From positions 11,470,001-11,534,000 of the forward strand of contig JBHGNT010000001.1 of assembly GCA_043228905.1 (NCBI GenBank): DNA of 64,000 nt, given 5' to 3'. Numbering within the stretch: the first letter of the stretch is position 1; every line of letters starts with the position of its first letter. Shown here in pieces: positions 24,124-35,905 of the stretch. This stretch comes from Azolla caroliniana (Eukaryota; Plantae; Polypodiophyta). The translations under genes were made by a program, and so were the position numbers. A model generated the notes under the pieces. That model did not search any database, was not told where the DNA came from, and saw nothing but the letters and a program-made list of their open reading frames with translations.

Positions 24124-25945
24124 GTGCGCACTTAACCAGTGTATGTTTTCCATATGACAGTGTTTTCCATAACTAACAAGAGCCACTTTGACATAGCCTC
24201 AACATAAGTTGAGCATGCTTGATAAGAAGGTAGATAACCTTTTTGCAGAAACCCGAGGACATGTTGTATTCACACTTGACTACTTCATATGATGTGGTCA
24301 AGTGATAACATAAAATTAACAATTTATTTCACACCGTCGAATTGTATGAGCATACGCATCATAACATTAGGAAAAACTACAGAAAACCTATCTAATGATC
24401 ATTTATGGTTATGCACGTAATAGTGCATCACGCTAAATTGTAAAACAACGGGACTAGTGCAACCCAATGGCAATGACTATATCATGACAATCATATCATA
24501 CATTTGAGCTTATTAGCTTTAGAGAGGGATGAAGTTTGATGAAAAATGCTAAATGCTCTTCTTTGAAAAATATGAAGATTGAGAACACATTAAATTGATA
24601 AAACCCCAAGAAATATTTGATCATGTACCATTGAGAACCTTAAAAGCTCTAATCAAAATGTATCACGTTTTCATAACAACAGTAATGAATGGGAAATTTC
24701 CAACATTGATTTGGAAAACTGAAGGTAGCATTTTGAAAAAAAAAAATCAATTCTCAATAATACAATATCATTAGGTTATTGTCATCTTAAATAAGTTGAT
24801 ACCATAGACTATAGATGTGGGTGACATGATGATGGGTCTTGAAGAGGCAGCATCACTCTCTGAATGTTCATCATCACCTTTACTATATGCTTGCAAGAGA
24901 TCGTCACTCGATACTATGCATCAGAACCCGAAGAAGCTTGGGAAGAAAGCAAGGTATGCCAAGGACATAATAATGACCACTTGTGATGATGATGATGATG
25001 GCGATGATGTACTCATCAATGAATTCAATGTGTCTCCACGACAGTTTTCTTCAAGGCAGCCCGATTTCACATCACATGCTCAAATGGTTCGGACAAAGCC
25101 TGGGAAGAAATCAAGGTATGGCAAAGAGGGCACTTGTGATATTAATGATGATGATGATGATGATGATGATGAAAACACCATCAATGAATTCAGCATATCT
25201 CAATCTAAGTTTTCATCATCAAGGCAACCTAACTTTAGTCACAAGAAACACAACCTGAGGGCTGTGAAAAAGCCCAAAAAACTGAAGAATGTTGCTTCAG
25301 AGATGATCAGTGAGGAAGGATTCGGCGATGAGAATGCCATGCCACAGCAAGTACAAAACATTGTGAAGATACCGCCATCCAAGGACAACACACACACACA
25401 CGCAGTCCTCTTGCTAGTGTTCCTCTTAAAAGAAGAGAGAGCATTGCAATTGCAAACAACAGACTTCTCAGCTCTTTAGATGCCATTGCCTCACTGAAGT
25501 CCAGCCCTCAAGCTTTGTGTTCATCAACAAAGCATCATGTGACGATGATGACGAAGTATTCAAACCCATCTCCAAAAAGTATGATGGGTAGCCTTCTAGG
25601 ACAATCTGGATCATCAAGGAGGGTCCTTATGGGTGCAAGTTTACTCTCAAGTGAACCAAAGAAGTCATCGAGGAGAGTTCTAAGATATTCAAATGTTTCA
25701 TTGTAATGAGCATCACCATTTCACCATCTACAACATAACACATTAAAAAGATCCCACAATGTAAACTCAGATCTATATCTATGTGATAACATATAATTAG
25801 AAAACGTCTCTTTTATTATGAATTAAGTGGATCAATTACAAACTAATGTATCACCGAACCCATTGTTATTCTTGTCTAACTAGTAACTATACACATATAC
25901 CACTTTCTTTTCAATCAAAGAATCATACACTGGTTAAGTGCGCAC
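24124..25945. mobile_element. Segment bounded by perfect 22-bp inverted repeats; probable DNA-transposon derivative
   Basis: GTGCGCACTTAACCAGTGTATG (24124-24145) and CATACACTGGTTAAGTGCGCAC (25924-25945). Extra CACTTAACC copies at about 24014 and 25968. No TSD identified. Confidence 0.55.
24815..25706 (+). pseudogene. Orphan Lys/Asp-rich coding-like segment with an internal ~54-aa repeat, apparently frameshifted at a (CA)n tract
   Basis: ORF 24817-25479 has two KxGKKxRYxK...TCD(D)n...INEF...FSSRQPxF units. A second frame (RSPLASVPLKRRES...VSL*, 25401-25706) joins it if one CA unit is removed. Possible acceptor TATAG at 24814. Confidence 0.4.
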
Positions 25946-26394
25946 TTTGAACGCAAGGAAAGAGTGCACACTTAACCGAGTTACGCACTTAGGGCTTTTA
26001 AGTAAAAACAAATTCCCCCAATTTTTGTTCTCTTATCTTTCATAGAAAGCGTAGCCCCAACAACCATCACAAAGACCCTCCCTTCTTCTCTAATCAACGT
26101 TGCTGCTCCTAACGCTACTCCAATCCACGTCACTCACCACATTGTTGCTCCTAAATTTGTCTCTAGGCATGCATTTTCTTTTCTTTCTGTTTTGTGTGTG
26201 TCTATGACCTATGAATGAATACGAGAGAAAGAAGAGAGGGGAGGTTTTGATTCAGTGCATAATTTAGATGGAAATGTCTTTAATTGTTTGGAGATTGTGC
26301 ATGGTTTCTTAGTTTGATACCCACATATTTGGTTGTGGTTGATATGGCACGTGGTTTAGGAGAAATAATCCACATATTTGGAATTGTGGAGAGG

Positions 26395-26950
26395 TTATTA
26401 GCATTTGGGGTAGAAGTCTCAAGATAGTGGCAACATGCGGTGTGAATGGGAGGGTTGTATGGGGGTCCTTACAGGGGCTAAAGTTAACAGGGGAAGGTTG
26501 GGTTAAACAGTTAAACCCCCACAATCATGGATTTATAGTGCAGGGTGCCAAGGTGTTTCAACGTGCTGGAGTTCGACCTGGCACTAACTCAGAATTTTTG
26601 GAAGAGATATGGATGATAGTGGCTTGTTTATCGGTCTAGCACATTTGGTCCAAGCGTTGTAAGTTTGTTTTTCATCAACAAAAGCTCCCTAGCGGTGAGG
26701 TGTTGTTAAATATCTGGTTCGAGCTGGTATCTTGGATGCGGGGACGGTACAACTCGATTCATGGGGGATATGATGCAGCTGAAAGAGCTCGGTCAAAGTT
26801 CTTGCTGAAATGGGGTAGTTCTCCTATGGTAGGCATATCATCATCAGGGCCTGAATGGAACTACCAAGCACCCCGATGGTTGTTTCTACCAATGGCTTCC
26901 ATTAGTGACTAGGTGCTGTAAATATGTATAGATATGGTACAAGTTAATTA
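26395..26950 (+). mobile_element. 5'-truncated L1-type LINE ORF2 C-terminal fragment
   Basis: Reading through one stop gives IWMIVACLSV*HIWSKRCKFVF...LLNIWFELVSW...WNYQAPRWLF, resembling the W-x-IW-x-x-R(N/C)-x-x-VF tail of L1/Tx1 ORF2. Confidence 0.6.
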
Positions 26951-27195
26951 CTAGGTTATAGGGGTTGTTGGGATACTATTGTTGAAAATGAGGTGGGGAG
27001 TATGACCACTTTGGTGACAAGGCCAAAGTGAGGGTTGCTGAAATTTTGGTGGTCTATGATGTACTTTGTTTGCGAAGTAGTGTTTTTTTGGAATAAGAAA
27101 AGAAAGAAAGAAGAGAAGGGGGGTTCTAATTTTGTGCATAATTTAGATGGCAATGTGTTACATAATTGTTTGGTGATTGGGCATTATAATGAATT

Positions 27196-27504
27196 CATAG
27201 TTGTTAAAAAACGCGTATTCTGCATCTAGAGTACGTTTTAGAATACTCTAAAGTATTCTACACGTATTCTACGGTTTAGAACTGCTATTTTTAAAAATCT
27301 GGCGTATTCTACACATTCTAGATACTTATTTAATGAGTATTTATCATTTCAAAAAACAAATTTTTTTTTTTATGAAAAAACAACTTTAGATTTTAAGAAG
27401 TATTTAACGTATTTTACAAGTATTCTAAGTATTTTTAAAAAAAAGTTAGAATACTTAGAATACGGATTCTACACATATTTTTTGCTAAGTATTTTACAAC
27501 GATG
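27196..27504. mobile_element. AT-rich MITE, possibly hAT-type
   Basis: Imperfect TIRs CATAGTTGTTAAAA and TTTTACAACGATG, with many internal CGTATTCTA/TAGAATAC motifs. The candidate TSD matches only partly (AATGAATT/AATGCAAG). Confidence 0.5.
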
Positions 27505-28659
27505 AATGCAAGAGAAAGAAGTGAAGGGCGGTCTTGATTCTGTGCATAAGTTAGATGGCAATGTATTAATTGTTTGGAGATTGTGTGCGATGTCGTTAGT
27601 TTGATATCCACATATTTGACTATGGTTGATATGGCATGTAGTTTAGGAAAAATGATCCACATATTTGGCTGAAATAGGGTAAGAAAAATATCCATAACTA
27701 GGGATTTGAATCCCCAAAATTGATTGATAGCTTTCCCTTCATGTACATATGTCCACATAATAAGCTATTAATCGATTAATAGCTTTCCCTTCATGTAAGT
27801 CCACATAATGAGTTATTAATCGATTAGTAGATTTCTCTTTATAGACCCATCCCAACCTATTTAATGGTAGCATTGGAATATCTAAGTTCAATTCATTTTG
27901 TGGTTCACACCATCTGTCTTGTTCCAGAGCAAAGTTTCCACGAAATTAAGTCAAGATTGTATCCACATCCTAGCATGTTTGCCTCCTCGATGGATAATCC
28001 TCCAACTAATTGGAGAAGACCTAATTCATTCGTCTATTAATTTAAACCTATTTGTGACTTAAATAAGCTCGTATGCATTTATCAAAGAGTTTAAACCTTC
28101 AAAAGGTTTTTGTACATCTACACTTGATTGTGTATACGATGAAAACAATTCAGATTCTAAGTTTGTTGACATGCAAGACATGCATGGATGCTTAAAGGAA
28201 GATGATGTGATTATTCCTAGACTATTGAAACATATTGTTGATAGTGAACTCATGCTCAATTCAATCATGAAAACAACTTATTTGAGTTTTGAAAAAGCAA
28301 AGCAAGTAAAATCAGCTTTATCGAGTGCTCGTCGAATTATTCAAGAAGCAAATTCTGCCATTGTTTCTAAGCGTATAGCTAAAAGTAGGCTAATGACCTT
28401 ACATGATTTTGGTATGAAATAGAGAAAAACTTACAAATCAGATTTTTGTTCATCATTTTGTTGTTTTCTAAATGTTTGGAACAAATTTCAATTTGGTTTG
28501 ATGTAATTTCATCATGAAACAATGTAATTTCTTTGATCTGGATTTTGACCTCTTAAAAAACCCACTTAATAGAATGGCACACTATAGTGGACACACACTT
28601 AATCAAATGTCTACTAATTAGGCATGTTACATGTTCCATCATCCACCTTTAAGTATACT

Positions 28660-31600
28660 TGTTACGGGCATGACCATATAATATCCCGTGGTGAGAATTT
28701 ACCGTAGTATTCTATACACTTGGATAAGTGTGAGGGTTAAACGAGAGTGTAAAGAAGGGGAGGATTACTTTTAATCCTCGGGATTGAGACAACCCATTAG
28801 GCCAAGTGTGAACTTGCCTGGGGGCCTTGGGTACCACTATAAATAAGAGGCCTAGCTACCCTCATTTCATCATCTTTTGACTCGTCGAGACTCTGTTCTT
28901 GTGGTGGGTCAACTCTTGTAGCGAGCGCACCAGCACCAGGTACGACTCAATGCCACGGCGGTGGTATGGGACGCCGATCGAGGCTCGAGTCCGTCTCGAT
29001 CCCTTCGCTCGGGGGTGGTCGGGTGGATCGACACCCTTCTTTCTCTCTCTCCTATCTATCTATCTATCTATTATTCTTTTATCCTTATCATATGCTTACA
29101 TTAGGGCATATCTCTAATAGTTGGTATCAAAGCAACTCAAGGACTATTTACGAATGGGTTATATACGTTATAGTAAATCTCCATGGGGTGCACTAGTTCT
29201 CTTGGTTAAAAAGAAAGAGGACACATGGCGTAGGTGTATTAATTACCGACGCTTGAATAAAGTGACGATCAAGAATCCGTATCCATTGCCCCGACCTGAT
29301 GATCTAATTGATCATCTCCAGGGAGCTCGGTATTTTACGAAACTTGATCTCCGTACTGGCTACCATCAAATTCGTATAAGTGAGGACGATGTTCCAAAAA
29401 CGGCATTTCGTACGCGCTATGGCCATTATGAGTTTTTGGTTATGCCTTTTGGTTTGACCAATGCTCCGGCTACATTTCAACAAGAAATGAATGACATTTT
29501 ACGAGAACAACTTGGAAAATTTGTCGTTATTTTCTTGGATGATATTTTAGTTTATAGCCGTACATTACAAGAACATGCTAAACATGCCCACTTTGTTTTA
29601 CAAACATTGCGTGACAAACAGTTTTATGCGAAGATTTCAAAATGTGAGTTCTTCAAAAAATCAATTACTTACCTTGGACATCTCATAACCGAATGAGGAT
29701 TTGAAATTGATCCTTCTCGCATCGAGAAAATCAAGCTTTGGCCCACTCTTCGGAATATTTGAGAAGTTCAATCATTCCTTGGTTTTGTCGGGTTTTTGCG
29801 AAAATCCATTCGTAATTACTCCCAATTGACGACGCCGTTTACTGATCTTTTAAAAGGTCAAACGCATAAGTCTACAAAACCTTTTGCCTGGAATGCTACA
29901 CTAGACCTCGCCTTTAAGGAACTCAAGGACCTGGTGTGCAAGGCTCCTTCGCTTCTTTTACACGATCCTTCAAACCTTTTGAGGTTGAAACCGATGCAAG
30001 CGATTATGCTATAGGTGTTGCTTATATCAAGATGGTAAACTAATAGCATTCGAGAGTAAGAAACTTTCTTCTGCTCAATGTTAGTATACCATTCAAGAAA
30101 ATGGATTATTTGCAGTTATACATGCGCTCAAAACATGGCGTCGTTATCTTTATGGAAATCGCTTTGTGGTAACTACGGACCACGAGTCCTTGAAATATTT
30201 TTGTGACCAACAAGACCTGAAAGGTCGTAAGGCACGATGGGCTGATCTCATCTAGGACTTTGATTTTTCCATACGATATCGTAAAGGTTCCATGAACACT
30301 ATCGTTAATGCACTAAGTCGCATCCGTGAAGTTAACATGCTTAGCTTCACTGAAATAACATCAGATCTTTATGATCACCTTCGAGGAAAGTATCCTGGTG
30401 ACAGTTATTTTGCGAAATACTAGGCAAGAGTTGAGTCTGGAATAGACACCACCACATCCTCGAAGGAATACTTCCACATTGCTAACGGTCTGCTCTACCA
30501 TAATGGGAAGGTTTGTGTTCCAGATTTGCCTGAGGTCAAAAAGAGAATTCTTTTTGAATGCCATGATGCACCCTCAGTAGGGCACCCTAGAATACATCGT
30601 ACACTCGTTCTCATCTCCACTCAATTCTATTGGCCTAAGATGCGTCCTGACATACATAGCTATGTGACTAAATGTCACCAATGTCAAGTTAACAAAGCCG
30701 AGCGACTTAAAGCCGCAAGACTTTTACATCCCTTGGACATTCCCAATAATAAGTGGGAAAGTATATCCATGGATTTTATTGTTAGCCTTCCTTGCACCCA
30801 AAAAGGCCATGATGTCATTTGGGTTGTGGTTGATAGACTGACTAAAATGGCCAGATTTATAAAACCACGGTAACAACTCCTGAACTGACTTACCAATTCG
30901 TTGACAAGTTATTTCGTTTTTATGGGTTACCGATGGATATCGTGAGTGATCGAGATCCAAAGTTTACTAGTGACTTCTGGACGCAAGTCTTTAAGAAATT
31001 AGAAACTACATTGAGCATGAGCTCCACGGATCATCCTCAATCCGATGGACAGACAGAACGAGTAAATCAAATTATTGAGGATATGCTTCGAGCATATGTT
31101 GGTACAAAACCAACAAAATGGAAACGTTATCTCCCAATTTTGGAGTTTGCTTATAACAGCTCCAAGCATACATCGACGAGATATAATCCTTTTATGTTGA
31201 TGTATGGTTTTCAGCCACGAGCCCCGATTGATGTTAATATACATCATGATGAGTTGCGAAGTACGCAAAACTTTCTTCGGGATATGCAAGATATGTTGCA
31301 TATTGTACAAGATAATATAAAAACATCTCAAGATAGAGCGCGTTTTTATGCCGATCATCATAGGCAACCTCGTGTATTCAACCCTGGACAGAAGGTATTT
31401 TTACGTGTACCTCACAATTCTAAGACATTGTCTAATGGTAAGTGCGCTAAGTTAGCCCCACGATTTTGTGAACCTTTTTACAATCCTCAAACGCATTGGG
31501 TCATCAACCTATCGTCTCGCTCTTCCCGATGGTGTTGAAATTCATCCAGTTTTTCATGTGAGTCGTCTAAAAGAACTTCAAATAGGTTCTGGCGACAATA

Positions 31601-32263
31601 CAGTTACAACTGAAACTCTGGTTACTTTTGAAGAATTGTCTTCTAAACCACATGTACCTTAAATAATTCTCGATGTTAAAACAAAAACATTACGTACTAA
31701 AGAAATCCGAGAATTTAAAATAAAATGGATGGATAAATCAATAAAAGATGCCACATGGGAACGCGAAAATACTCTCAGAACTAATTTCCCTAACTTTCCA
31801 TTGCAAGAGTGCAATGTTTTAAATAGGGGGAGTATGTTACGGGCATGACCATATAATATCCCGTGGTGAGAATTCACTGTAGTATTTTATACACGTGGAT
31901 AAGTGTGAGGGTTAAACGAGAGTGTAAAGAAGGGGAGGATTACTTTTAATCCTCGAGATTGAGACAACCCATTAGGCCAAGTGTGAACTTTCCTGGGGGC
32001 CTTGGGTATCGCTATAAATAAGTGGCCTAGCTACCCTCATTTCATCATCTTTTGACTATGTTGAGACTCTGTTCTTGTGGTGGGTCAACTCTTGTAGCAA
32101 GCGCGCCAGCACCAGGTACGCCGATCGAGGCTCAAGTCCGTCTCGATCCCTTCGCTCAGGGGTGGTCGGGTGGATCAGCACCCTTCTTTCTCTCTCTCCC
32201 CATCTATCTATCTATCATTCTTTTACCCTTATCATATGCTTACATTAGGGCATATCTCTAATA
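28660..32263 (+). mobile_element. Ty3/Gypsy chromovirus LTR retrotransposon, gag and protease deleted, pol degenerate
   Basis: 5' LTR 28660-29119 and 3' LTR 31835-32263, with perfect TSD ATACT. PBS-Met TGGTATCAAAGC at 29122-29133; PPT AAATAGGGGGAGTA at 31821-31834. RT ([12 protein letters not shown]...[12 protein letters not shown]...FLDD), RNase H, integrase (HHCC; SMDF; DRDPKF; DGQTER) and a chromodomain-like tail (EFKIKW...DATWE). Confidence 0.97.
29134..31820 (+). pseudogene. Gypsy pol (RT-RNase H-integrase-chromodomain) with stops and frameshifts
   Basis: ORF pieces 29121-29696, 29796-30014, 30526-30873, 30933-31538 and 31468-31662 follow the Gypsy domain order. Confidence 0.93.
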
Positions 32264-33610
32264 ATACTAACTAGGTTCACTTAAAAACTCTACCCTAAGA
32301 ATGCATTCAACATATACAACATTTGAGGAAAGTTGGGCCAAATATTCAAATCCAAACATACACACTTGGTTACATGATAGAGATTGGTTGCATCATGAAG
32401 CTTTACATCATCCATAAGGGTTGATCTTGTTGTTTACAAATAAGGGGAAATAATGAATTGCAATATAAGTTAGTATTAAAGTAGATGTGGAAATGATCCA
32501 ACATGTCTTTCATGAAATTCCCATAGTACCCCCTCATTTTATAGATATTTTTTAATACCTCTCACATTTTTTTGGGAGGAAAAACACACAATTATATTAA
32601 TAAGTGTGTGTGCAAGGCAAGTAGTATGGTACCACAATGCAGTGGTGTCATCGCTACATAGGTAGTGAGACATGTTGAATCGCCAATAGGCAAGGTGAAC
32701 ACTTCGTCGAGGAAAGAATTTTGATTTTGTTCAATAAACAAAATTGATGTTTGCCTACAATAGTGTACTCTACTATAGATTGAGGGGCACCTATGGGAAC
32801 AACTCTTCGTTGTTATTTTAAAGAGTTGCAATGTCCTCCTGCAATTTGATCTATAATCTTTCTACGTTGTTTATGACTGTGGGCATGTCTTATCCAATCT
32901 CTTCCTTTCCCTCAGTGCTTTATACCTAGGGCACGCTCTTGCATTCAGGGCAGTTCCTATGGTTGCAAAAACAACAAGGAGTTGGTTCCCGTATATACAT
33001 GGCTTTTCTTGTATGCTTTCGGGAAGCAAAACAAATGCTAGTGGGCCTACCACACTTTGTGCCTACAACTTTGCCAGACAGTATTTGCCAGTAGTGCCAT
33101 CCCACTCGACCTGAAGATTTAGTTTGTCCCTTGCAGACAAGCGATTGGTCTACACATCCCAACATGAAACAAGTATAAGCTTAAATGAAACCTCATGATG
33201 GTTACACGTTCCACTGTGCCGAAATGCAAAGGGTGTTGGTCGTATAGTTACCTTGCACTTATTTATTCTGACCTCTAATAAATATAACAAACCTTTACAA
33301 CCTTCTCCCTTCCCTTTCTAGGTTCACTTCACTTGAGTTACTCAACAACCCAAACTCGTGATTAGGACACAAAAGTTGCCTTCGTGCGCCAAGGAACAAG
33401 TGGAACATCGCCAACAACTTTCATTTGACCAACTTGATGCTAACAGGTTCATGCCACACTAGAATAATTAGATATGCGGCTTCATTTCTTTCCATAATTA
33501 TTTATCCTAGTGGTAAGTTGTTATACTAATAGACCTAGATTTTGGGTTCGAGACCTATCTTTCTCACATACATATCCTCTTAATTTACTCTATTGGATGC
33601 CAATGTGGAA

Positions 33611-33676
33611 TGTAGGGGATTGAAACCATGACCTCTTAGTTTCCATTGGGCAACCTTACCAATTGAACTAAATGTC
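33611..33676 (-). mobile_element. tRNA-derived SINE-like head remnant
   Basis: Minus strand has A-box-like TAGTTCAATTGG and B-box-like GGTTTCAATCCC at tRNA-like spacing, but no complete cloverleaf. Confidence 0.4.
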
Positions 33677-34259
33677 TCTCTCTCTTTCTCTCTCTCTTTA
33701 CCCTCTCTATGGACGCTAAAAGATATCTATGTATGTATCTATCTCACTCACTTGGAAATGACATTGGACACCATCATTGCATGTTAGGAGTGAATGTTTA
33801 TATGGCATGTAGAGTTGGGAAACAATGTGTCTCTCGAGTCTCACTCAAGAGAAAGGCCTATTGTATGCATAATAGTTGATGAAACAAAGCGAAGGATCAC
33901 TCTTTAAAATAGTTGGATCTACGCCAAAGGTACACAATGCTTTATTTGTGAATATCGTACCCTCTCACAACAAAATGATGTTGGAAATTATATGACGAGA
34001 AAAGAAAAGGTAAGCTTCAAGGACATATCACAAGACAAAAAGATACATAAGAAGACAAGGTCCTTAAAAAACATAGAGACCCATGGAACATGATACTCAA
34101 AGTGTTCAAGGTTGGACAAATATAATATATACTTTTTTATATGGGCAAAATATCCAAGATAACAATGAGAACAAGGAGGGTTGGCATGTTCGATTAAGAG
34201 GAGGCTAGAAGATTGTGTCTCTATTGCTAAAGATGATGCCCATATGCTCGACATGGAAC

Positions 34260-34724
34260 TAACAATTGGCAACGGTTCGGTTTGAACCGAACTGAACCGC
34301 GAAACCGCGGTTTAACAGCTTAATGGTTTCAACAGTCAAAAACCGCGGTTTAAACAGTTTAACGGTTTAACGGTTTTTTATTTTTAATTTTTTAATGTTT
34401 TTTTTAATTGTAAAAAAAAATTTAATTTTGTTTTTAAAGAATCTTTTCATTTTTAGACCTTATTCTCACATTTTAGGAACATCTTAAAAAATTTAAATAA
34501 ATGAAATATTATAAATTTAAAAAATTTAAAAATTGGACCTATGTTGAAAACCAAAACCGAACCACGAAACTGCGGTTTTTACGGTTTAATGGTTTAACGG
34601 TTTGAAAAATGTTTAACGATTTGGTTTAACAATTTTGCGGTTCGGTTTGGTTTGGTTCAGGTTTCAAAATTTTTAAACGGTTCAGTTTGGACCCGCTCAA
34701 ACCAAACCAAACCGTTGCCTGTTA
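34260..34724. mobile_element. hAT-type MITE, copy 1
   Basis: TIRs TAACAATTGGCAACGGTT and AACCGTTGCCTGTTA, perfect 8-bp TSD CATGGAAC, and AAACCG/CGGTTT subterminal repeats. Confidence 0.92.
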
Positions 34725-34814
34725 CATGGAACTTTAAAACATGACACCAAAAGACATTCCCGCTTTATAATTAGATGCTACATCCTTCACCATGATTCTA
34801 CTCCAACATGATTC

Positions 34815-35905
34815 AAATTTTGTTTTCCGCTTGGATGCAATATATGGAAAGATGGTTTGGAAGATGGGATGCAACACACTCGTCTCACAATGAACATTAG
34901 ATCCCTTAGTGAATAAGGCCTTTTTGCAACAATGTATCATGAAATGAGAAAAATGTGAAGGCTCACACTTCACATCTTATACTACATATGTTGCATCGAA
35001 CGACAAACCCATATTCTTCGTCGAACAAGAAAACACGCATGCACATGTTGGGCATCTTGTGGTCTTCCATCTGAAACATTGCGTCCATGCAAATTAGCTC
35101 ACACTCTCTATGATGTGAACAAGGCGTTGGGGTACAAGTAATGAGAATAATCGAATATGCACCCTTTGCCTTAAACAAGTTTGGGAGTCTAATTATCACA
35201 CTTTGATACAATGCTTTGCTTTTTATCACATTTGACTATGCTTTCCACACATTTTTAACCTAACTAAATCCTTGCATGAAATTCTCTCACAATCACAATG
35301 TATACTTAATAATCGATAAGTGTTTGGTTTGAACCGAACCAAACTGCAAAACTGCGGCTTAATAGCTTAACACTTTAAAAAGTTCGGTTCAATTTCAACA
35401 ATTAGAAACCTTAGTTTAAACGGTTTAACGATTTTATATCTTTTTATTTTTAAAATTTTAAAAAATTGTTTTTAAACAATCTTTTCATTTTTAGACCTTA
35501 TTCTCACATTTTAGGAACATCTTTAAAATTTTAAAAAAATTTTAAAATGAAATATTTTAAATTTTAAAAATTTTAATTTTAATTTGGACCTAAGTTAAAA
35601 ACCGAAACCGAACCACAAAACCACCATTTTAACAATTCAATGGTTTTAACGGTTTGAAAAAAGTTTAACAACTTTGTTTAACAGTTTCATGGTTCGGCTC
35701 GGCTCGATTCAGGTTTCAAAAAATTTTAACAATTCGGTTTTGACCCTCTTGAACCAAACCATTGCCGATTGTTATGTGTACTCGTGATGCAACATTCATT
35801 AGTACTTACACATTGAGAATCGTTACTCACTTTCACAAGTACTACATGATAATGTTATGTTTTTGGTCTCATTGGCCATTTTACCTTCAAAGACGATAAT
35901 AAAAT
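34815..35905 (+). mobile_element. 5'-truncated LINE of the 57428-58859 family, interrupted by MITE copy 2
   Basis: Peptides RWFGRWDA and RRWGTSNENNRICTLCLKQVWESNYHTLIQC...SLHEILSQSQC match ORF 57508-57957 and its upstream frame. Tail stem-loop at 35866-35894. Confidence 0.85.
35307..35774. mobile_element. hAT-type MITE, copy 2 (same family as 34260-34724)
   Basis: Shares the core CTTTTCATTTTTAGACCTTATTCTCACATTTTAGGAACATCTT; termini TAATAATCG...CGATTGTTA; 8-bp TSD TGTATACT/TGTGTACT. Confidence 0.9.

Larger units (their letters stand above)
26225..27668. repeat. Three dispersed copies of a unit up to about 150 bp (about 26225-26380, 27105-27180 partial, 27510-27668)
   Basis: GAGAAAGAAG...GTGCATAA(T/G)TTAGATGG(A/C)AATGT...AATTGTTTGG; copies 1 and 3 continue to ATCCACATATTTGG. 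Confidence 0.8.

Noticed and set aside
33780-34810. Possible Gypsy integrase C-terminal remnant (FKVGQ...Y.GK) around MITE copy 1
   Set aside because: Too decayed to support without a profile search.
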